Assembly (NCBI GenBank): GCA_951406725.2 | Contig: OX597816.1 | Location: 155,620,001 to 155,684,000 of the forward strand | DNA length: 64,000 bases | Direction: 5' to 3' | Source of the DNA: Octopus vulgaris | Taxonomy: Eukaryota | Part shown: positions 1 through 13,400 of the stretch, piece by piece | Numbering within the stretch: the first letter of the stretch is position 1 | How the letters are laid out: each line of letters begins with the position of its first letter | The notes under the pieces: model-generated | The model's input: the letters and a program-made list of their open reading frames with translations, nothing else | What the model was told of the DNA's origin: nothing | The model's database searches: none | Translations under genes and position numbers: made by a program

Positions 1-1290
1 AAGAACAGAGTCAAATACTTTCCTGTAATCAAGCCATACTTTCACATGGTTTCTTTAGTGTTCTCTTGAGATAGTATGGCTTCTTTTATCAAAAGTTGTT
101 TGGCACATCCCTATACTCAGTTCATTCTACCTACTTGCTCATCAGTCACTATACTCTTGGACTCACAATGAGCCTGGAGGAACTGGCTGATGCCTAAGCA
201 TTATGTACAGTTTGTATATAATGTTTAGGTAAGCAATGGGCTTATAGTTTTCTGCCAGCTCAGTAGTTTCATTCTTGGCTACAGGATCTGACTGTGCTAT
301 AATAAGTCTACTTGATATATCAATTTGGCTTTCTGTAGATTTTACCAACTATTAGGTCTCTTCTAGGTACTTTCTGCTTATGTAGTTTGCTGCAGTGTAA
401 GTTTTAGGGTTGACTGTGTATGCTTTACTGTCAACTTTGGTGATACAGCATTCTTTCTTAAACCAGAATGATTCGAGATCTTTCTGAGAAGAGGCTTTCT
501 TATTAGTAATGTTTTTCTTTGTTAACACCTGGTATAATGCCTGTGGTTTGGAAGTAAAATTCTGATTTATATTGGCTCACTCAAAAGTTTTTCTATGATA
601 AAGAAGCTTTTCACTCAGCCTCCTGAGTCTGTCTTCAAATTGCCTTCCTTCAAGAGCTTGGCATGAAGTGTTACTTTTGAATTTCATTATTTTTTTTTAC
701 ATAAGATGTAATTGGAAAGGTGTGAAATCATTGTTCTCTGTATATTTCATTATCATGGTTAACAATCCCATATAGCAGCACACATTATTGATGCTTTCTT
801 CAAGTCTGCTTCGACTATTTTTTCCCATCTAGGTTGTTTCTGCTTAGCATATGCACTACATGTTTCTCCAAGGTGTTCTTTAAAATTCATTATAACTGTT
901 TATAGGAAAGAATAAATTGTCCAGTTATATACACCACATGATTCCATGTGATCACCAGCAATATAAACAATAACTTTTGAAATGAGAGAAGTTGGCTTTT
1001 TATTTAGTCCCATTAAACATGGCCTTTTGCTCAGCAATAGAATAGAAAGACTGGAAAAATATTTTATGAATTGTGATTTCAAAATGTTCTTAAGTTCAAT
1101 TTATTCTGTGGGCATTTCTATTGAATTGGTTGAATGTGGAGACATATGAGAGTTGAGCTATGCCGGCAGTGGTTTATTTACTTCATCAGTTTCTCTTATA
1201 GTAGATTCTAGTTTGTTCCCAATGTATTGAGAAGATCGGTTAGCATCAATAGAGCTGGAATAACAGCTGCAATTTGTGACAGTCATTTGT
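1..1290 (-). mobile_element. Decayed R4/Dong-type non-LTR retrotransposon, N-terminal/RT-start fragment
   Basis: NYKPIAYLNIIYKLY resembles RT motif NYRPITCLxTxYK; many stops and frameshifts. Confidence 0.5.
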
Positions 1291-1339
1291 ATGTATGTAT
1301 GTATGTGTGTGTGTGTATGTATGTATGTGTGTATGTATG

Positions 1340-1373
<34 letters not shown>

Positions 1374-1476
1374 TATATGTGCATATGTATATATAAGAGT
1401 TAAACAGGATGTCAAACATTAAGGCAAAGCAAATATCTCAAGTCATATACAATATTATTATAGGAAGAAATTCAAA

Positions 1477-1532
1477 ATCTTACAGCTATTTCTAGGATAT
1501 CCCTGAGTAGGGGATATTCCATCATCAGAGAC
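1477..1532 (-). ncRNA. Type I hammerhead ribozyme motif (Penelope-type)
   Basis: Minus strand: gtct-CTGATGA-tggaatatccc...gggatatccta-GAAA-tagctg-TA-agat; stems I and II pair; stem III is a near-palindrome of acagctgt. Confidence 0.7.
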
Positions 1533-1844
1533 AAATAGGGGAAAAAATATGCAAAATGAGAATGGTATATATTAATAATATGACAACATAGAGGAAATGA
1601 GTAAAAGAATAAGGAGATGGAAAGAGATGGAAAAAAGAAGCATAAAAGTTCATAGTTCAAATTTCAAAAGTGATATAAACCAGAACTGTTTAACTATTAT
1701 ATATCTGCCGCATTGGAAATCTGCAATGGCTCCATAACTACTGTCTTGGCTATGACCTTGGAGCCTCAGTAATCTGTTACAGCACTTAGAGTTCCTAATT
1801 GTTTAGATCACCTGTGAAGTAAAATGCCATACTTTGTATATATA

Positions 1845-3160
1845 TCATCATCATTGTCGTTTAACATCCACTTTCCATGCTGGCATGTGTTGGATGGGTT
1901 TATTGAGGACTGGGAAGTCAGAAGGCTGCACCACACTCCAATCTGATCTGGAAAAGTTTCTACAGCTGGATGCTTTTCCTAATGACAACCACTCCAAGAG
2001 TGTAGTGGGTGCATTTTATGAGCCACTGGCATGAGAGCCAGTCAGGCACTACTGGCATCGACCACACTCAAATCGTGTTTTTTATGTGCCACTGGCACAG
2101 GAGACAGTCAGATGACACTGGCAACAATCATGCTTGAATGGTGCTTTTTATGTGCCACCAGCACTGGAGCCAGTCAGGTGTCACTGGCAATGATCATGCT
2201 CAAATGGTGGTTTTAATGTGCCTTTGGCATGGGTGCCAATCAGGCGGTACTGTCATCGGCCATGATTTCACTTCCCTCAACAGGTCTTTGCAAGTGCAGT
2301 TTATTGCCCAATGATTGACGGGTACTCTGTTAAATGGGCTGGTTATGCTGCACTGCCATAGGCCATGGTTATGGTCTCACTTGGCTTGCATATCTCCAAA
2401 GGACTCGGTCACTTGTCATTGCCTCGGTGAGGCCCAATGTTCGAAGGTCGTGCTTCACCACCTGATCCCAGGTCTTCATGGGTCTAACTCTTCCACAGAT
2501 TCCATCCACAGTTAGGGAGTGGCACTTACGCACACAGCTTTTCACATCCATTCTCGCCACATGACCATACCAGCACAGTCGGCTCTCTTGCACACCACAT
2601 CTGATTCCTCTTAAGTCCAACTTTTCTTTCTGGGTGCTTAAACACTGTCATGTACGCACACTGACATTACATATCCAGCGGAGCATACTGGCTTCATTCT
2701 TGCAAGCTTACGCATGTCCTCAGCAGTCACGGCCCATGTTTCACTGCCATGTAGCATGGCTAGGTACAGAGGTTTATTTTGGCTAGGTATTTCTCCTGCA
2801 GCTGTATTACCAGAAATATAGCATTAGTGGTGTTTTTCCCTGGCAAAAGCCCAAACTGCATCTTGTCTAGACTGATAGACTGACTCCCTAATTAGTTAGG
2901 CTATGACCTTCTCTGTGACTTTCATTACCTGATCCAATAACTTGATACCTCTGTAATTATTTGTATCTGACGCATCACCTTTACCTTTGTAATAGTTGAC
3001 TACAGTGCTGCTACACCAGTCATTGAGTATCATTCCTTCATGTATCACCTGATTGACTATACGGGTGACTAGACTATAGCTAACACTGCCAGATATTTTA
3101 AGCATCTCTGCGGTGATTCTTGATGGGCTGGGGACTTGCCCTGTCTTCATACTCTTAATT
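1845..3160 (-). mobile_element. RTE-clade LINE fragment (RT pieces + 3' UTR with (GAT)n tail)
   Basis: YKGKGDASDTNNYRGIKLLDQVMKV; RLCWYGHVARM...GRVRPMKTW; internal deletion; tail at about 1845. Confidence 0.85.
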
Positions 3161-3537
3161 GCTTAATCTACCAAGGTACTGTCAATTCGAATAGCAATAT
3201 ATAATATATATATGTTGGTCCATAGGTGAAACCATAGAAATTTAAAATGAAAAATTATATATTTTGTACAATTACTACCACTTTTCTTTCTCACCATAGG
3301 AGTATTTGCACACACACACACACTTTCTTGAAAACGGAAGTATTTTGAGTTGTTACTCTGACATAAAAGCAAGCAAGGTGGTTTTCTTAATGCAGTTTCA
3401 GTGTCAATGATTAAAAGTATCAATATTACTTTTTTTTTCTTTCTTTTTTCACAATATGAAACCATTTTTCAGGATATCCATTATCTGAGAAAGAAATCAT
3501 CTTCAGCTACTGGTATTTGAAAATTTTTTAGTAAACA

Positions 3538-3915
3538 TGAAGTGGCTGTGTGGTAAAAAGCTTGCTTCCCAACCACATGGTTCCAGGTTCAGTCCCACTG
3601 TGTGGCACCTTGGGCAAGTGTCTTCTACTATAGCCTCGGGCTGACCAAAGCCTTGTGAGTGGATTTGGTAAATGGAAACTGAAAGAAGCCTGTCGTATAT
3701 ATGTGTTTGTTGTTTGTGTCCATTTGTCTCCCCACCATTGCTTCACAACCAAAGTTAGTGTGTTTATGTCCCCATCACTTAGCAGTTTGACAAAAGAGAC
3801 CAATAGAATAAGTACTAGGTTTAAAAGAATAAGTCCTGGGGTCGATCTCTTTGACTAAAGGTGGTGCTCCAGCATGGACACAGTCAAATGACTGAAACAA
3901 GTAAAGGAACAAAAG
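3538..3915 (+). mobile_element. tRNA-derived SINE, family A (composite)
   Basis: gtggctgtgtggtaa A-box, ggttcagtccc B-box, gcaccttgggcaagtgtcttc body; more than 12 similar copies in the window. Confidence 0.85.
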
Positions 3916-3958
3916 AATGGATAAAAATATAAGTGAGGGTACTGCAAAGTTCTTAGTT

Positions 3959-4146
3959 TTAAGGGTATTGCAAAAGGCCTGCTTGGAGGCAAAACCTTCC
4001 GAGTTCTTTTACAGGAATTAGAAAAACTGAAGGACTGCTGCAATAAGTGTGTGAATCTGAGATGGGGATATGTTGAATAAAATCATAATTAACTGATCCT
4101 CCTGTATTTTCTTTTAACCCAAAAGCCAGGAACTTTTCAGCATACC
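3959..4146 (-). CDS. WDR93: Probable terminal coding exon of WDR93-like gene
   Basis: tactag acceptor, phase 1 compatible with the 29984 donor; non-repeat open frame YAEKFLAFG...SPSVFLIPVKELG...LLQYP-stop; SVFLIP loosely matches WDR93 SVFYFN; weak polypyrimidine tract. Confidence 0.45.
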
Positions 4147-4335
4147 CTAGTATGCAAGAATTCATCAATCAATCACGCATGCATGCACACATGCATAATC
4201 ACCAAACCTATAAGTTTAGTCATAGCACTTACTCAGCATTACCTGACACATTTGGGTCTTCTTGACACCATTACCTCTCAAAACCTCAATATAAACGGTT
4301 ATCCCAATCTCTTACTCTACTAAGCTATACTTGTA

Positions 4336-4796
4336 TAGGAGTGACTGTGTGGTAAGTGGTGCAGGAGTGGCTGTGTGATAAGTGGCTCAGGAGTGGCTGT
4401 GTGGTAAGTAGCTTGCTTACCAACCACATGGTTCTGGGTTCAGTCCCACTGTGTGGCACCTTGGGCAAGTGTCTTCTACTATAGCCTCAGGCTGACCAAA
4501 GGCTTGTGAGTGGATTTCGTAGACGGAAACTGAAAGAAGCCTGTCGTATATATGTGTATATATATGTATGTGTGTGTATATGTTTGTGTGTTTGTGTTTG
4601 TCCCCCAACATCGCTTGACAACTGATGCTGGTGTGTTAACGTCCCCGTAACTTAGCGGTTCAGCAAAAGAGACCGATAGAATAAGTACTAGGCTTACAAA
4701 GAATAAGTACTGGGGTCGATTTCTTTGACCACAGGCGATGCTCCAGCATGGCCACAGTCAAATGACTGAAACAAGTAAAAGAGTAAAAGAAGAGAG
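4336..4796 (+). mobile_element. SINE family A with triplicated 5' head
   Basis: Three tandem ~26-bp copies of ggagtggctgtgtggtaagt precede a full SINE body. Confidence 0.85.
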
Positions 4797-5393
4797 TAAT
4801 ATATATATAATTGCTTTCTTTTTTGAAAAAAAAAAAATCCTCACATCATTTACATACATCCAGACACTTTAAAAGATACCTCCCTACTTAACTGTCTAAG
4901 TATACATGGAATATATAGGATGATACGATTATCAATAATAAAATTGAAAGCTGTATAATAAAGATGTGTCCTTTGAAATTGATGTCTGACTCTTATAGAA
5001 ATATAATATCCTATTTTAGCCTTCTGAATTAGTGAATTCTTTTATATATTTCTCTTGATAATTAGTTCTTGAGTAATTTCCAAATACCAACAGGCAAGAA
5101 TATTTAATTTCTTATATAATGGGTTCATCATATGTTAAAAAATGGTAACGTTAAAAAAACAACAGAAAAAGCAAAAAAAAAAAAGCATGAAGTTATCCAT
5201 CAAAATTAAATATTGTTAACAATTGTGTCTTCCTTACTCTTGTGCGTTTTATATATATAATACTGAAGGCTTGAAGATTACTATATGACTTTACATGTGA
5301 ACAGATGAACACAAATATTCTGAATGTGACATCTAAATAGATGAAGGCATGTCATACTCATCTTGATGACTAATCATAAATCTGTCCATTAAT

Positions 5394-5701
5394 TACAGTA
5401 TTTACATTGGATGGATATATGTTCTCCAGCCTTCATCAGGTGTCCTGGTAGAATTTAGAACCCAACCCTGGGTTCTTATTTCTAAGGTATTCTTTTGCTG
5501 ATGTTATTAGTATTATCATTATTATTACTTATTCAAGGCACTGCCTGGAATTGAATTCACAATCCTGGGGTTAGTAGCCCACACTTTAACTATTAACTAT
5601 AACCATTACGTTATATGCCCACAGGCACATAGTGTAATGGTTAAGAGCATGGGCTACTAACGCCAAGATTGTGAGTTAAATTCCAGGCAGTGTCTTGAAT
5701 A

Positions 5702-5738
<37 letters not shown>

Positions 5739-5913
5739 GCAATAAGAATAATAATAAGAAGATCAGCAAAAGAATACCTTAGGAATGAGAACCCAGGCTT
5801 GGGTTCAAAATTCTACTAGAACACCTGATGAAGGCTGTAGAGTAAATCAGCTGAAACGTGGTGGTAACAACAAACAAGATGAGCACACATATCCATCTAA
5901 TGTAAATATTGTA
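5394..5913. repeat. Palindromic head-to-head element: tRNA-like head + (AAT)n + hammerhead-like motif in each arm
   Basis: Arms about 5394-5620 and 5624-5913 are imperfect reverse complements; right head ggcacatagtgtaatggttaagagc...gagttaaattccaggc has A/B-box-like motifs; aacac-CTGATGA-aggctg..cagct-GAAACGT at about 5820-5863. Confidence 0.7.
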
Positions 5914-6369
5914 CAGAATTCCTCAGCTCAAAAATATAGAATCGTAATTGTTTTATTTAGCAAAATAAAACTCAGAGTAATATTCTGAAAAGTTGAACTT
6001 TTAATCAAATATACAAACTCTATGCATCCAGTACTTTTTCCTTCATTGATAAACACACATGCTCATAATGAGGCATAAAATTCTTACTCATCACAAGTAT
6101 TAAATCTTCTCTTTTTTCTACGTGTGATCATACCATGAGTACTACACATCATCTTTTATATATGTGTATACATACATGAAATGTGTCTATTTAGCATGCT
6201 CATTTTAAAAATAATGAATGCATTTTGTATGATTTGCTGAAACTTATATTATAAAAAAAGAAGTAGATCTTTGTCTGTCTGTCACACCAATTTGAGGGAG
6301 GGAAAGAAGGGTAGGAATCAAAATATATATCACAATGGGAATTTAGAAAGAGAGGAGAAAAAGTTGTTG

Positions 6370-7340
6370 AGAGAGAGAGAGAGAGAGACAGTGTGTGAGT
6401 GTGAAAGATAGATAGATAAGTAGGTAGCTATGTAGGTAGTGTTGTCACCATAGTAACTAACAAGTTTTGATTAAAAACGTGAGAATCTTAAGGGCGAGCC
6501 TGTCAACACAATGCAACACAGCTTTAAAAAGCTTTCATTATATAAGAATATAGATTGTTACTGTTTTGGTTGTTTGTGTGTGTGCATATTCTGTGTGCAT
6601 GCATGTGAGTGTATTTCTGTGTTTCTTTCAACATAGAGACAATGCAATACAAACTTTTAAAAATGGCTTTCACCATAATGACAGGTTGTTATTGTTGTTG
6701 TTGCCGAGAGAAATTCAGAAGAGAGAGACGGACAGATAGACAGACAGAATGTATGTATGTGTGCATGTGTGTGTGTGTGTGTGAGTGCATGTGCTCATAT
6801 GTGTGTATGTTTGTGTGTATGCATGAAAGAAATAAATATTGGTTTCAAGAAAAAAAACAAATCCTTGTTGATGTTGAGAGAGAAATAGCGAGAGAAAGAG
6901 AGAGGAAGACGTTGACAGTGTATGTCTGTGTATGTGAGTGTGTGAAAGAAATAGAAATGGTTCCGAAAAAGCAAGCCTTTGTTGTTGTTGAGAGAGAAAT
7001 AGTGAGAGATAGAGAGAGAGAGAGAAATAGACAGTGTATGTGTGTATGTGCTCATATATGTGTGTGTATGTGTATGTGTGAGTGCGTGTGCTCATGTGTG
7101 TGTGTGAGTGTGTGGAAAAATTAAAATTGGTTTCAAGAAAAAACAGGTCTTTATTGCTGAGAGAAATACAGTGAGTGAAAGAGAGAGGGATACAGAGAGT
7201 GTACGTGTGTGTGTGTGTGTATGCATGAAAGAATTAAAATTGGTTTGAAGAAAATAAACAGGTCATTGGTGTTGTAGAGAGAGAGAGAGAAAGTGAGTGT
7301 GTATGTGTGTATAAAAGATAGACAGATAGGTAGACTGTTG
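6370..7340. repeat. Compound microsatellite-based minisatellite (GA/GT tracts with recurring aattggtttcaagaaaaa...gttgttgagagaga unit)
   Basis: About 4-5 imperfect units of 110-170 bp; explains the spurious ORFs at 6609-7414. Confidence 0.7.
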
Positions 7341-8211
7341 TCACCATAGCAACTAATGATACTTTCACTATATAACAGTCTACTATGAAAAGAAGGTGTG
7401 TGCATGATTAACAAATATTTTTATTGGCAGTGATGGGGATGCTGGGATTGGAGGAATCGCTGGCAAGGGTGAATGGAGTGTGGTGGTTTGGGCTTGTTGA
7501 GGAGGGATGAGGAGCATGTTCCGAGGTGGGTGCTTGAGTTTGAGGTAAATGGAGCATGAAAGAGAGGTAGACCCAGGGAAAGGTGGAGGGGACAAGTGGA
7601 GGAGGAGATTGGGAGGGTTGGCTCCAGAAGAGAGGATACCCAAAACAGGGCAAGATGGTGAAATGGTGTGAGGACGGTTGCAATGGCATTGAGGCAGATC
7701 CAGCCACTCCTGTTAATGGAGACAAAACCCAGATTTAAAACACTGGTTGATGATGATTATGAAATAGAGACAGGTAAAGACCTGGTATAGTATAAATAAA
7801 ATCAGAGTAACTTGCAAAGCAAAGAAAAAGACTGACTGGAGTTGAGTAGAGGAGGAGATATCTTTATGCAAGGTGTTGAGAGGCTAAAGTATGACAGATG
7901 TGTCTTTCATAGAGGAGGTATATGACTTGACCCCACCCTGACCCCTGTATAATATAGGGAGAAGCTGGAAAGAAGACACTGATAGGGGGTAAAGAAAAAT
8001 ATAGATAGAAAAATAAGAATTCATTTGAAGAAATTCTTGATTGGAGGAATTCCAACCATGTTTCGTGGTTCACTACCTCAACAGCTCCTTTATAGGATCC
8101 AGTGGCTGAAGACATTATCAGGAGGAGCCACATCCAGTTTCGGCCCCCACATCATCATCATCACCCTTATTCAACATCCATGTTCCTTACTGACATAGGT
8201 TGGACTGCTGA

Positions 8212-8242
<31 letters not shown>

Positions 8243-9169
8243 CCACCCACAGACGTGCACACACATCCACCCACGGATATGCACACACACACACACACAC
8301 ATACACATGCCTATATATCCACATGTGTGCACACATGTAGAGGATTGGTTTGATTGAAGATTGCTTCAAACACTCAGTCCTTGAGTCATTTATGTAACTT
8401 TACATCAGATGAAATTAAACACACACACACACGCACATACACACACACACAAATGCACACACACATACACACCTACACACACATATACATGCATATACAT
8501 GTACACACAGACACACACACAAAAGGCAAAAAAGTACACTGCATATACAAATGTATATGATTACATTCACAGCAGTATCAGGATCAGTAATATCCATGAA
8601 TTAGTAATGAAAGGAAAGAAAAATGAAACACAAAGAGAGAGAGAGAATAGGAGAAAGAGAGAGACAGAATAAGAGAAAGAGAGTGAATGAGTGGAGTGAG
8701 AAAAGCATCTGAAATCTGTAGAATTTAGAATGAAAGAAACAAGAGAGGAAAAGGAAATCATTTGTACAAAGTGAAGAGGGAGGGTTTAAACATGCTTAGC
8801 TTTAGTTAACAAGCAAGAATTATCTGGTCAGCTATGTATTTTAGGAATCATCAAGTTCTCCACATGATTTCCAGTGCAAATTTACAGCGAAATGTTTGTA
8901 TTTTCCTGTATTTGAAATTTGCATTTATTATTTTTTTTGCTCGGTTTCGGTGATGCCGTTCATAATGGTGATGCATACGTGTAATCTGTCTGTGTAAAGA
9001 AATGACAAATGGAAAATGGATTAATGGTCTAAGGGCTGTTATTTAAACTCTAATTTATTCTTCTCAAAGGTGATAGTAAATTAGTACAGAAGCTAAGGAT
9101 ATAAGAAGATTATATGTATGTATATATGTATGTCTCTTCTATTTTTTAATTATTATAAATTTTCCACTG

Positions 9170-9922
9170 AGGAGGGAACCGGTTTCTAACAAAGATAGAA
9201 GGCTACATGTTTGGGATGTAGTTAACACAGACAAATTCACGTTTGGAATTTGAGAAAAGTCTTGCATATTTTTACTGTTCCACTCTAAAATTGCACTGTT
9301 AATGTACAAATTAGCTGGTTGATTTCTTTTTCTGAAAATCCCAGTTTATCCAGATTCTCCTTTAAGCATTTACTAACAAAACCTAGTGCTCCAATTATTA
9401 TTGGTATGAATATGAATTCATAGTCTGGATATAAACACTGGAGGTTTCAAGGCAATTGTCCATAGATATTCTCTTTTTCTTTGATTTTCAAAGAGATATT
9501 TATACCTGCAGGGCAGCTAACCTCTTTGATGGTACATACCTTTGCCCGTCTGTCCCAAACATCAATATCCAGCCCGTTATGTTTACATTTGACAGAAGTT
9601 TTGCTGGGAATATTCCACCAGTATTCCTTGAGTTGGTGTTTATGAATGAATTTCACACAGAGGTATTTTCTAAGTTTATTTCAGGACAGACTTTTTTGCA
9701 GATGGCATTGCAAATTGTTTTAGCAACAACATCGTGCCACATAGGGGGGTAGTACCGTGACAACATTTTAGGACAGCTGCTAATCACATGCATAATGTCT
9801 TCCATAGAAACATGACATAGCCTACACATGTGGTTGCACCTTGGGATTACAAGAATGTCACTGTCTCTCTTGTTCATGATGTACTTTGTGGCAATCTCCT
9901 GTTCCTGGATTGCAAATGCAAA
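9170..9922 (-). mobile_element. R4/Dong-type LINE 3' fragment (CCHC knuckle + RLE endonuclease)
   Basis: CRLCHVSMEDIMHVISSCPKM..WHDVVAK; YWWNIPSKTSVKCKHN.LDI..WD..EVSCP..NI..K..EK. Confidence 0.8.
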
Positions 9923-10356
9923 GTATGTATGTATGTATGTACATATATATTCATTTTAATATTTCACTAAGGCTTAAGGAAGTGAGCTGGCAGAATCTTT
10001 ATTGCATGGGAAAAAATGCAAGGCTGCATTTCTTATGACCTAATGATTTGAGTACGATTACTGCTAGGGTAGGGCTGACTTAGCCTTTCATCCTTTTGGA
10101 ATCAATAAAATAAGTGTCAGTTCATCACTAGGGTTGATGTAATCGACTTAACCCCTAACCTGGAATTGCTGACCTTGTGCCTAAATTTGAGACCAATATT
10201 TCACTTAGGCATAAGTGATATTACTAATCTTCATAAGCATCCAGTTACGATTGCATTGCATCTTATAGCAGAAACAACTGTAAGCTAATGAAGTTCATTA
10301 CATATTTTCTTGGTCTCTTGTCATTTAATTTCCTGAACACACACACACACACACAC

Positions 10357-11579
10357 TAGAGTGTTTGGAAAATAAATGCATTTTTTTCACCACTATGAAA
10401 TATGAATCAACCAATCACATCAGAGCTAAGGTTGAATGGGTGGCAACTGTCTAAAATAATATACTATCTCTTCTAACTGGCAGTGTGTCTTTCATAGTTA
10501 CTTCAGTAATTAACTCCACAGAGGATAAGAACTTTATGAAACAGCATAGTTGCTGTAGCTAACTGTATAAGTTTCAAAAGAAAATTACTGCTACAGAAGC
10601 AATAAAAGACATTTATATCCAGATGCAGTGAAAGCTTATTCATGTCAGCTGTGGTTTAAAAGGTTTTAAGATGGTGATTGTAACACATCCAACATACCTT
10701 GCTCTGAAAGACCAACTCTGAATGATAACCTTTTGAAAGAAATTAAAATAGCAGATTCACATCAATGTACCAGAGATATGTGCAACAATCCACAAACAAC
10801 TCAAGCAAATAGAGGGAGTTTGGGTTCCACAAGAGTTTATGCTTGAGAACAGAACACAACATTCCATCATCTGTAGCAGTCTTCTAACCAGAAATAACAA
10901 TTTGACATTTCTCCATTGCATTGTTACAGGTGATGAAAAATGGATTTTGCATCACTACAGAATCTGAAAAAGACAATGGTTATCATGTAATGAGAAGCCA
11001 GTGCCAACACCAAAACCAGAACTCCATCCACAAAACTCCTTGCTCTGTGTTTGGTGGAACAAGAGAAGTATCATCTATTATGAGCTACTGGAACATAGAA
11101 AGACCATCAATGCAAATATCTATTGCCAACAACTTGTGTAAATGAAAAATTATGTTGAAAGTGGCCAGCTTTGGTAAATGGAGAAAGTGTTATTCACCAG
11201 CATGACAATGCATGGTCACACTCTTCAAAATAAACCCAAGAAAAAAAAGGAAAAAATCATTAGAATGGGAAGTTCTTCCACATCCTCTACACTCATCTGT
11301 CTTTGCACCTATGGATTTCCATTTGTTCTAATCACTAGAATATTTTATAGGAGGCAAAACATTCAGAAACAGAAAATTGAAAACAGGCTTTCAGACATTT
11401 TTCAGGAAAGAAAATAGGTTTCTTTGAATGTGACATAAAAAATGTTACTCACCCATTTGGCTGCAGTTGTTGACAATGATGGTGATTACATTCTTGATTA
11501 AAACTATTCAGGTAAACATAGTTTATGTTCATTTTAATATCTTTTCTGGTCAAATATAATTACTTTCCAGGCACCCTAA
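10357..11579 (+). mobile_element. Decayed mariner (DD34D) transposon, about 1.2 kb
   Basis: Imperfect TIRs tagagtgtttggaaaataaat / aattactttccaggcacccta; transposase remnants WVPQE, IVTGDEKW, HDNA, APMDFHLF with frameshifts. Confidence 0.85.
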
Positions 11580-11816
11580 CAGCACATACTACACTCTCGG
11601 AGTGGTTGTCGTTAGGAAGGGCATCCAGCTGTAGAAATTCTGCCAGATCAGACTGGAGCCTGGTGCAGCCATGTGGTTTGCCAATCCTCAGTCAAATTGT
11701 CCAACCCATGCTAGCATGGAAAGCGGACATTAAATGATGATGATGGTGATGATGATGATATATATATATATACATATATACATATATATATATATCTAGT
11801 GCCTATATGAGCAGAA

Positions 11817-13400
11817 GACTATGCATGGATATGTTACTAGAAAGCTCCGTGATGATAGTAATGTCGATCATCAAAGCAGTTCATCATGGACTAATAGCCG
11901 GGTTACTAATTCCCACTTTGAAGGGTATGTGTTTGCAATTCAAGAGCAGGTAATATCAGCCAAGCACCTGATGCACATAAGGGATAGAGATTCAGGAAAA
12001 GCCATAACATGTGACAACCAATTCAGACTTTGTGGAGTTCACACTGAAGATATCACCCATATCATAAGCAGTTGTCCAAAAATGTCATCACGGTATTATC
12101 TACCGATGAGACATAATGTTGTAGCTAGGACACTCTATAATGAAATCCGTCGGAAAGATAATCCCGAAGACAAAGAAATAAAAACCCACAATATGGTAGA
12201 AGCCATAGCCACTCACAATAAAAAGGAATACTGGTGGAATGTACCAGTGAAGACCTCAATAAAATGTAAGCACCACACACCGAAACTATGCACAGTTGTG
12301 GAAATTATCTGCCCAGCGGATGCTAATATAAAGCTGAAGATCGGTGAAAAAGAGAACACTTATGCTGAACTACTGAGAAATCTGCAGTTACACTATCCAT
12401 ATTACATGTTCAGGTTTATACCAGTAATTCTTGGGGCCCTGGTATATGTAATACACTGCCTAAATACAAATCTTGAAAAATTAAGCTTCTCAAAACCAGA
12501 AAAGAAAAAGCTGATTTAAAGACTACATATCCAATCCATCACAGGAACTGTAAAAATCTGTAAAACTTTCCAGAAGTTAAGCATTTAAATATATATGAGC
12601 ATGTCTAGATATGGAAACTTATGCATGAGAATACATACATAAACTAGTAAAGCACTTAGAGAGCGCAGACCTCTGCCAAGCAGCTCATTTCCACCCATAT
12701 ACACACATGCTGAAAATCACCCAATTTCCCAAACCAACTCTGGCAAAAACATAACCTCCTTGGCGGCGTTAAAATAAATAACACAGCCATATGATTTTTT
12801 TTTAAAAAAACCTTTAAAAACAGGAATCAGCCGAAGCAGTTATAATACATCAATGACAACAGCAAACTATTTTCATCATACAATGAAAAAAAAACCAATT
12901 ACCTAAAGCTTGAGTGATACACACACAATGCAAGTAAAATTACTAATAGAGAAACAAAAATAAACTTTGGAAACAGCAACACCACCATAGGTTACGTTGA
13001 AAGGATGAACATACTTTTAAGGGAGATAATCAAAGAACATAACATTGTAATACTTCATGTAAAGTAAATATAACAAATGAAAGATCCTTCAAGAATCCAT
13101 AAAATTCCCAGATCACTATCAAAATTTCATCATCTGTTCCTTGTGTCATTACTAGCACTTTCTGCAAGTTTCATCAAATACGTTCACAACTGTTTGAGTT
13201 ATTTTGCACACAGACGGACAAACCAATGCCGATGAAAACATAACCTCCTTCCTTGGCAGAGGTAAACATACAAATCTGCACATACATACAAACTAAAATA
13301 CCCTGTTGTTGATGTTGAAATTCCAATGAAGGAGCCTTGGAACTAGGTTAGAAACCGGTTCTTTCTCTACTGGCAAGGAATCTTGAAATAAACTGAATAA
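11817..13400 (+). mobile_element. R4/Dong-type LINE 3' fragment; 3' UTR interrupted by a Helentron-type insertion
   Basis: 232-aa ORF with FAIQEQ, RLC..EDITHIISSC, RHNVVA and an RLE-like C-terminus; UTR resumes at about 13265. Confidence 0.85.
12642..13265 (-). mobile_element. Helentron-associated non-autonomous element (HINE/DINE-1-like)
   Basis: 5' ttacctctgccaagg..ggaggttatgttttc; 3' subterminal IR cttggcagaggt, hairpin gcgctc..aagtgc, ending ctagtt. Confidence 0.7.

Noticed and set aside
5624-5697. Functional tRNA gene
   Set aside because: B-box mutated and acceptor stem imperfect; part of a repeat element, like the other tRNA-derived SINE heads
6609-8672. Multiple overlapping Cys/Val- and His/Thr-rich ORFs
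   Set aside because: Translations of GT/CA/GA microsatellites
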